Source: Pseudomonadota bacterium
GTDB taxonomy: Bacteria; Pseudomonadota; Alphaproteobacteria; Paracaedibacterales; CAIOTO01
Direction: 5' to 3'
Assembly (NCBI GenBank): GCA_040387495.1
Contig: JAZKDQ010000006.1
Coordinates: forward strand, 49,391 to 113,390
Length of the DNA: 64,000 nt
Shown: one piece after another, positions 58,316 through 64,000 of the stretch
How positions within the stretch are numbered: the first letter of the stretch is position 1
Layout of the letters: each line of letters starts with the position of its first letter
Position numbers and translations under genes: made by a program
Notes under the pieces: model-generated
The model's database searches: none
Told to the model about the DNA's origin: nothing
What the model saw: only the letters and a program-made list of their open reading frames with translations

Positions 58316-58572
58316 ACTCGACACCTCTTTTCTTGACTTGATAACTATGAACAACAATTGAACAAGGGATGCGCCTAGAATAAACCTCTAACATACAGAT
58401 TCCAATCACAGCAGGACACATCTCACTCAATTTCATAAAGTGAGATTACACACAATTCATGTATTACTGAGCAATTCATAAAAAACGATAGATCATAAAT
58501 AATAAATAATAAAGGGGCAAAGACAGTGAAATTCCTAACGCGAACTAACATCAGAACCATATCAAAAAAACA

Positions 58573-58818
58573 ATGTTTTACTTATTTTCTATACAATTGC
58601 TAATGTTGCGACAAAGTAGCAGTGCATATGCGATTACACGTCTCATTAGAGTCAGGCAAGATCATGCACCCATCAATGGCTGCGATGCCGGCGCCCCGTA
58701 TAATCCAAACATCAAACACAAATTGCTTATTGTAACGCTTATCATCACGATTTTGTTTGATATGTATGTAGCTATGATGTTGTGTACTTTAAGGACAGGA
58801 CAACATATCAGCACTTAA
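58573..58818 (+). pseudogene. Degenerate second copy of the DUF1467 gene
   Basis: 58645-58795 aligns with 56047-56190 (GATGCCGG.GC.CCG...AATCCAAACATCAAACACAAATTGCTTAT.GTAACG.TTATCA.CAC). The peptide ...DAGAPYNPNIKHKLLIVTLIITILF... retains the C-terminal half, but the first TM helix is replaced by polar sequence. Confidence 0.5.
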
Positions 58819-58954
58819 GCCAGCCATAATTGTACAAAAAATCTCTCTTGCACAAAACAAACTAACATGTTAAAAACCACCAGGTTTAACAACATTTTTT
58901 TGTTAGATTTATATTAATTTTATTAAAATAGATACATTCAAGGAAACGCCCATC

Positions 58955-59518
58955 ATGCAAAATAAAATATTAATGGCACTCATATGCACAGTAAGTTTAT
59001 ATATCAGCACTGGTTATGCAATGAACAATGTAGATTTCATTGGGCTTGAAATAGGAGCCACCCCCACTAATGTTGCAAGTGCCAATTGCATGGATATATT
59101 CGATGGAATTGCTTTCTGTGGCACACATACATACATTTATGAATCTGATGAGGACGCAGGAAAACTAAATAGAAATGCACTCAAAACAGAAAAAAAACGT
59201 TCAAAAAATGTTGACTTAGATGCAGATGAAATGAGAAAAAGTGAAGTGCTTTCAGCGCTAGCAGTCCTAGCCATTCATGGAGTCGCTCCCGAAGAACAAG
59301 ACTGTACTTCTGACACAAAGGATCAAAATTCTAAAATTCAAAAACGAAAAAAATCTGCACGCAAGAATCAAACAATACGTGAGAAGCAAGAAGGCGTTAA
59401 CTTGGAAATGACTGACATCGCAGCACAAACACATGCTACAAACACGAATAAAGCATCCGAATTTCTAGAGCACGCAGAGGATCCAGCATCTAAAGAATAT
59501 TTAATTTCTATTTTATAA
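58955..59518 (+). CDS. Hypothetical secreted Lys-rich protein
   Basis: 187 aa. The signal-like N-terminus is MQNKILMALICTVSLYISTGYA. No recognisable domain. Confidence 0.5.
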   Translation: MQNKILMALICTVSLYISTGYAMNNVDFIGLEIGATPTNVASANCMDIFDGIAFCGTHTYIYESDEDAGKLNRNALKTEKKRSKNVDLDADEMRKSEVLSALAVLAIHGVAPEEQDCTSDTKDQNSKIQKRKKSARKNQTIREKQEGVNLEMTDIAAQTHATNTNKASEFLEHAEDPASKEYLISIL

Positions 59519-59748
59519 ATTGCTCATATGCAGCTAAAAACAAAGAGCAACCATTATTAGCCCTTATTGCGGGGTTTTTTTACATATCAAAAGCATCAAA
59601 AACACAAACCTCCTACACAACCAATTGAATCCTGGTTGAAGTCTTTTAATAAAACGGGTATCCTGTTTATCGTATGCTATTAATAATAATATTCTATCTC
59701 GAATCAAAATCGTGATAGACACTTAACACATTCATCGAAAGGTTTTCC

Positions 59749-60888
59749 ATGTCCGCTTTTTTCTCAACTATTTTACCGTTTATTCTTGTACTCGGTGTGC
59801 TTGTGTTCGTACATGAATATGGTCATTTTTGGGTGGGACGCCGAAATGGAGTCCGCGTGAGCACATTTTCAATCGGTTTTGGACCAGAACTTTTTGGCTG
59901 GACAGACGTGCAAGGAACGCGCTGGAAATTAAGTGCTATCCCCCTTGGCGGTTATGTAAAATTCTTTGGGGACCAAGACATTAGCAGCACAACTGTTGAT
60001 AAAAAATTGGAAAATACACTATCTGATGCTGAAAAAGAAACAATGCTTCACAACAAAACTCCATTGCAACGTATCGCAGTAGCAGTTGCAGGCCCTGCTG
60101 CTAATTACATTTTTGCAATCGTTGTATTAACGGTACTAATTGTGATGAAAGGCATGCCTACTGCTCCTGCGGTTATAGGAACAATTAAAGCCAACTCTTT
60201 CGCAGAAAAAATTGGGCTTAAGGTCAACGATAAAATCGTTCGTTTTGGCGAACATGATATTAAAAAGTTTGATGACTGTGTAAAAGCGCTATCAGAATTA
60301 ACTGGGAAAGACGTAGCTATTACCGTTGATCGCAATGGTAGCAAACTTGATTTCCAAGCAAAACTCTATACAGAAGAAAATGGTCAACGCAAACCCATTA
60401 AGTTGCTAGGCATTGGCTCTGGCGGCGAACCTATGTATGAAAAAACTTCTGTCATTAACGCTCTTGGAAAGTCTATCCACTATTGCTATTCAATGTCCGT
60501 TCAAATATTAAAAATGTTGGGCAGTATGATCACAGGCAATGCTGGCGGTGACGTTGGTGGCTTGATTTCCATTGGAAAAATGGCAAGTGAAAGTTGGAAT
60601 GGGGGAATTGCAACGCTCGTAATGTTCATGGCAATGCTATCAATCAATCTTGGTTTGATTAACTTGCTACCCGTTCCTATGCTTGATGGTGGTCATATAT
60701 TGTTATGCTCAATTGAAGCTATTCGTGGCCGCGCACTTTCTGAAAAATTACAAGAACGTATATTCATGGTTGGTGTTGCGCTTGTGCTGAGTCTTATGGT
60801 GTATTCAAACGTAGCAGATGTAATACGTGAAAAATCTTCGTTTTTCAAAGCATTTGCATACCTTGGAAGCCTGATTGGGATTAAATAA
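59749..60888 (+). CDS. rseP: RIP metalloprotease RseP (site-2 protease)
   Basis: 379 aa. HEYGHF zinc motif in TM1, a PDZ segment, and a C-terminal NLLPVPMLDGGH motif. Confidence 0.9.
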   Translation: MSAFFSTILPFILVLGVLVFVHEYGHFWVGRRNGVRVSTFSIGFGPELFGWTDVQGTRWKLSAIPLGGYVKFFGDQDISSTTVDKKLENTLSDAEKETMLHNKTPLQRIAVAVAGPAANYIFAIVVLTVLIVMKGMPTAPAVIGTIKANSFAEKIGLKVNDKIVRFGEHDIKKFDDCVKALSELTGKDVAITVDRNGSKLDFQAKLYTEENGQRKPIKLLGIGSGGEPMYEKTSVINALGKSIHYCYSMSVQILKMLGSMITGNAGGDVGGLISIGKMASESWNGGIATLVMFMAMLSINLGLINLLPVPMLDGGHILLCSIEAIRGRALSEKLQERIFMVGVALVLSLMVYSNVADVIREKSSFFKAFAYLGSLIGIK

Positions 60889-60928
60889 GTACGGCGTCAT
60901 TTTTCTATAATATCGCCCCTTGCCTCAT

Positions 60929-61023
60929 ACCCGGACTTGACCCTGGTAACTATATAATTAAAAACATACGCACTAATAATACTGATGAATGAGCCCAGAG
61001 ATCCCCGTCCACGCGGGGATGAC
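60929..61023. repeat. Modular intergenic hairpin repeat, copy E
   Basis: A degenerate hairpin-1 module TACCCGGA-CTTGA-CCCTGGTA lies at 60929-60949. The ATCCCCG-TCCACG-CGGGGAT GAC hairpin lies at 61001-61023 and is related to the arms at 27200-27299. Confidence 0.45.
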
Positions 61024-61091
61024 AAAAAAATGTTGAAGATAACAATTTTAAAAACAGCGGCAGCATAATAAACAAAGAAAGAATACTAAAA

Positions 61092-62843
61092 ATGAACTTT
61101 TTTCATGGGCTACTTAGTCATGTCAAATCAATTATCGATGACATTGCATCCACACAAGGGATAGTTGCACCTGACACAACAAAAATAGTCGTTGAGCCTG
61201 CAAAAGACACATCTCATGGTGACGTAGCAACCAATGCTGCACTTGTACTTGCAAAACCACTCGCTATGAATCCACGGCAACTGGCTGAGCTTTTATGTGT
61301 GAGACTTAACACGCCTCCTGAAATTAGTAACGTTGCTGTTGCAGGTCCAGGATTTGTTAACATCAGTTTTACGAATGATTTTTGGTTCAAGCAATTACAC
61401 AACCTGCTTACTGCTGGCGCAAGCTACGGTCGTGCAGACATTGGCAAAAATGCACTTATTAATGTTGAATTTGTATCCACCAACCCAACAGGCCCGCTTC
61501 ATGCTGGGCATGGTAGGAACGCTGTCCTTGGCGATGCCATTGCATCTCTACTTCAATTTACTGGCTATAACGTTACACGCGAATACTACATTAATGATGC
61601 TGGCGGCCAAGTAAATGCCTTGGCACGATCTGTTTATTTACGTTATTGCGAAGCACTTGGTGACACCATTTCTGATGATGATTTCAAAGACGGTATGTAT
61701 GGTGGTGATTACCTTGTTCCTGTCGGAAAAGCCCTTGCTAAACAATTTGCTGATATATACCGCGGACAAGCTGAATCAGTTTGGCTTGAACCATTTAAAG
61801 AAGCCACCGTAGCTATCATGATGGTAGACATCAAAGCCGATCTTGCTACCGCTGGTGTTACAATGGATGTCTATACATCGGAAAAAGCATTGGTCAAAGC
61901 AGGTCTTGTTGATGATACACTTGCTGCCCTTGAGGCAACAGATGATGTCTACATTGGCGTTCTTGATGCACCAAAAGGAATGGTTATTGAAGATTGGGAA
62001 GAGCGTCCACAAACATTGTTTCGTGCGACGAAATACGGTGACGATGTTGATCGTGCCCTGAAAAAATCTGATGGTAGCTGGACATATTTCGCAGGCGATA
62101 TCGCGTACCATTATGACAAACACCGCCGGGGCTTTTCGAATATGATCAATGTGTTTGGAGCCGATCATGCAGGTTATCTAAAACGCCTTACGGCTGCTGT
62201 TTCAGCGATTACGCATTCAAAAGCATCATTTGAAATTAAAGTCAGCCAAATGGTGAACTTTATGGACAATGGCACACCTGTGCGTATGTCAAAGCGTGCT
62301 GGCACATTTATTACATTTAAAGATGTGATCGATCGCGTTGGGAAAGATGCTACACGCTATATGATGGTATCACGTCACCAGGACATGAGCCTTGATTTTG
62401 ATTTTGCTAAAGTAATTGAGCAATCAAAAGACAATCCAATTTTCTACATTCAGTATGCCCATGCGCGTATTCATTCAGTGTTACGTCATATGCTAGTGGC
62501 TGATCCTTCGTTTTTGACAACTACACTAACAGACACAAAACTTAGTTTGTTAACAGATGATGCAGAACTAACAGTTATCAAACATCTTGCCGCGTGGCCA
62601 CGTGTTATTGAAATAGCTGCAATGGCACGAGAACCACACCGTGTTGCTAATGCCTTATACGATATTGCAGCACTCTTCCATTCTCTTTGGAATAAAGGTA
62701 AAGATAATACAAGCTTACGTTTTATTGATGCAAATCAACCTGAACTTACAAAAGCCCGTATGGCTCTTATTTGGGGGGTTGCAAATATACTCAAGTCAGG
62801 GCTATCGTTACTTGGCATAACAGCCGTTGAAGAAATGCACTAA
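61092..62843 (+). CDS. argS: Arginyl-tRNA synthetase
   Basis: 583 aa. Class I HIGH-type motif (NPTGPLHAGHGRN), MSKRAG (KMSKS-like), and C-terminal anticodon-binding DALR domain. Confidence 0.95.
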   Translation: MNFFHGLLSHVKSIIDDIASTQGIVAPDTTKIVVEPAKDTSHGDVATNAALVLAKPLAMNPRQLAELLCVRLNTPPEISNVAVAGPGFVNISFTNDFWFKQLHNLLTAGASYGRADIGKNALINVEFVSTNPTGPLHAGHGRNAVLGDAIASLLQFTGYNVTREYYINDAGGQVNALARSVYLRYCEALGDTISDDDFKDGMYGGDYLVPVGKALAKQFADIYRGQAESVWLEPFKEATVAIMMVDIKADLATAGVTMDVYTSEKALVKAGLVDDTLAALEATDDVYIGVLDAPKGMVIEDWEERPQTLFRATKYGDDVDRALKKSDGSWTYFAGDIAYHYDKHRRGFSNMINVFGADHAGYLKRLTAAVSAITHSKASFEIKVSQMVNFMDNGTPVRMSKRAGTFITFKDVIDRVGKDATRYMMVSRHQDMSLDFDFAKVIEQSKDNPIFYIQYAHARIHSVLRHMLVADPSFLTTTLTDTKLSLLTDDAELTVIKHLAAWPRVIEIAAMAREPHRVANALYDIAALFHSLWNKGKDNTSLRFIDANQPELTKARMALIWGVANILKSGLSLLGITAVEEMH

Positions 62844-62855
62844 GGGTAGAATAAT

Positions 62856-64000
62856 ATGTCTCGTTTTGGATTTAGTTTTGGTCGCGATAATAAAAAAAAT
62901 AACCGTCATGAACGTGATGATATCGTATTACGTCATGAGCCTTCATCTGGGTATGACAACTACGAAACAAACGAGGAAGATAACACCTATTATGATCCAC
63001 GAGACTCTCGTGATCCACGCCTAATGCGCCCTTATCGCACTGACGATGCTCGATTGCAACGAAGCCCAAGGCAAAGGCCTGAGCATGATGATTTTGACGA
63101 TGATATGCCCATTGGTTTTAGGCGTACCAATACATCACATGATGACATGCCTCGTGGTAGATACTCTGAGCGTGATGACTACGTACCCTTACATAACCCA
63201 GCACAGCGGGCACCCGCTGGTTATGAGCAAAGACCAAAAAGACCAAGCTCTAATAACCGCCAAGCACAAAACGATGATTTAAGAGGATTAGGTTTTTGGC
63301 ATAACGAAGAATCTGACGCACAATACGATGATTCAGAAGCCGATGTAGACCGCCCATCACCAGTAAAATTTATTGTTGCTGTCACCGGCCTTGTCTTCAT
63401 ATGCACAGTGACTTGGCTTGCGTATCGGTGGATCAGCCTTCCCACATCAGATACGCCACCACTTATTCAAGCTGAAACAGATTCCTATCGCGTCCGCCCA
63501 GAGAATCCGGGGGGGACTGATTTTCCACACCAAGATAAATTGATTTATGGACGCCTCGCGCCAGCCACAGAGCAACCGGTGGAGCGTTTGCTTCCTGCAC
63601 CAGAACAATCTGTCATTATGGCGCCAACCTACACGCAACCACAACAACTAGTTCAGCCACAGCAACCTGGTCAGCAACAAGCACAGTATCCACAACAACC
63701 ATATTATGCTCACCAAGCACAAGGACAAGCTGTTGGTCAACCGCCGCAACCTCAGGTATATGCTGCACCCGCTTATGCGCCAACAAATCAACCTGAGCAG
63801 ACACCAAATCAAGCTGCAGCACAACCTGCCCAACAAGCTACTGCGGAATATATGCAGCACTATTCTGGACAGCCGTATGTGCAATCACAACAACCTCAGC
63901 CACAACAACCTCAGCCACGAGCCGCTCAATATCAAGGCCCACCTGATTTAAATGGGTTACCACAAAATCAACCGCAGCACTATCAACAACAAATGGCACA
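62856..64000 (+). CDS. Membrane protein with Gln/Pro-rich region, probable SPOR-domain protein (3-prime end outside the window)
   Basis: Not in the ORF track because no stop falls in the window. ATG at 62856. Translation is MSRFGFSFGRDNKK...; TM VKFIVAVTGLVFICTVTWLAY; then the conserved PLIQAETDSYRVRPENPGGTDFPHQDKLIY block typical of the gene following argS in alphaproteobacteria; then a Q/P-rich low-complexity region. Confidence 0.7.
   Translation, partial: MSRFGFSFGRDNKKNNRHERDDIVLRHEPSSGYDNYETNEEDNTYYDPRDSRDPRLMRPYRTDDARLQRSPRQRPEHDDFDDDMPIGFRRTNTSHDDMPRGRYSERDDYVPLHNPAQRAPAGYEQRPKRPSSNNRQAQNDDLRGLGFWHNEESDAQYDDSEADVDRPSPVKFIVAVTGLVFICTVTWLAYRWISLPTSDTPPLIQAETDSYRVRPENPGGTDFPHQDKLIYGRLAPATEQPVERLLPAPEQSVIMAPTYTQPQQLVQPQQPGQQQAQYPQQPYYAHQAQGQAVGQPPQPQVYAAPAYAPTNQPEQTPNQAAAQPAQQATAEYMQHYSGQPYVQSQQPQPQQPQPRAAQYQGPPDLNGLPQNQPQHYQQQMA

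Noticed and set aside
61776-62168. 130-aa minus-strand ORF and several short + ORFs inside argS
   Set aside because: They are nested in alternative frames of a strongly supported class I aminoacyl-tRNA synthetase gene.
63046-63951. Several 66-81-aa ORFs on both strands within the last 1 kb
   Set aside because: All overlap the long open frame starting at 62856, which carries a TM helix and a conserved PENPGG...QDKLIY block. They are low-complexity artefacts of the Gln/Pro-rich region.

Overview
This is a 64-kb, AT-rich, gene-dense bacterial chromosome segment. The conserved genes point to an alphaproteobacterium: GapR/DUF2312, a hemD / Mic60-like / HemY-like trio, an NDUFAF7(MidA)-like methyltransferase, a COQ9-like protein, DUF1467, a SPOR-type protein after argS, rpmF-plsX-fabH and motAB. 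IS debris, MITE-like hairpin repeats, many signal-peptide orphans and several eukaryote-type enzymes suggest a host-associated, possibly protist-associated, intracellular lineage; this is inference only. About 50 housekeeping CDS and 2 tRNAs (Glu-CUC, Asp-GUC) are supported. I saw no rRNA, CRISPR array, intact prophage or recognisable defence operon. The unusual content is as follows. (1) An accessory island between smpB and motB (about 8.0-15.3 kb) holds a degenerate IS30-family element with intact 30-bp IRs, an IS4-like remnant, and a 1292-aa secreted protein with 14 tandem 51-aa TPR-like repeats. (2) An 807-bp almost perfect direct repeat duplicates tatC plus the first 62 nt of serS. It brackets an IS982 remnant and a signal-peptide GT90/CAP10-type glycosyltransferase, right next to tRNA-Glu. 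(3) A membrane-anchored 700-aa double-SIS protein of the MurQ/GKRP type is wedged between an intact DUF1467 gene and a degenerate second copy of it. (4) A modular family of intergenic hairpin repeats shows compensatory stem substitutions. (5) There are several AT-rich secreted orphan proteins. All functional calls rest on motifs I recognise by eye in the translations; no database search was run.
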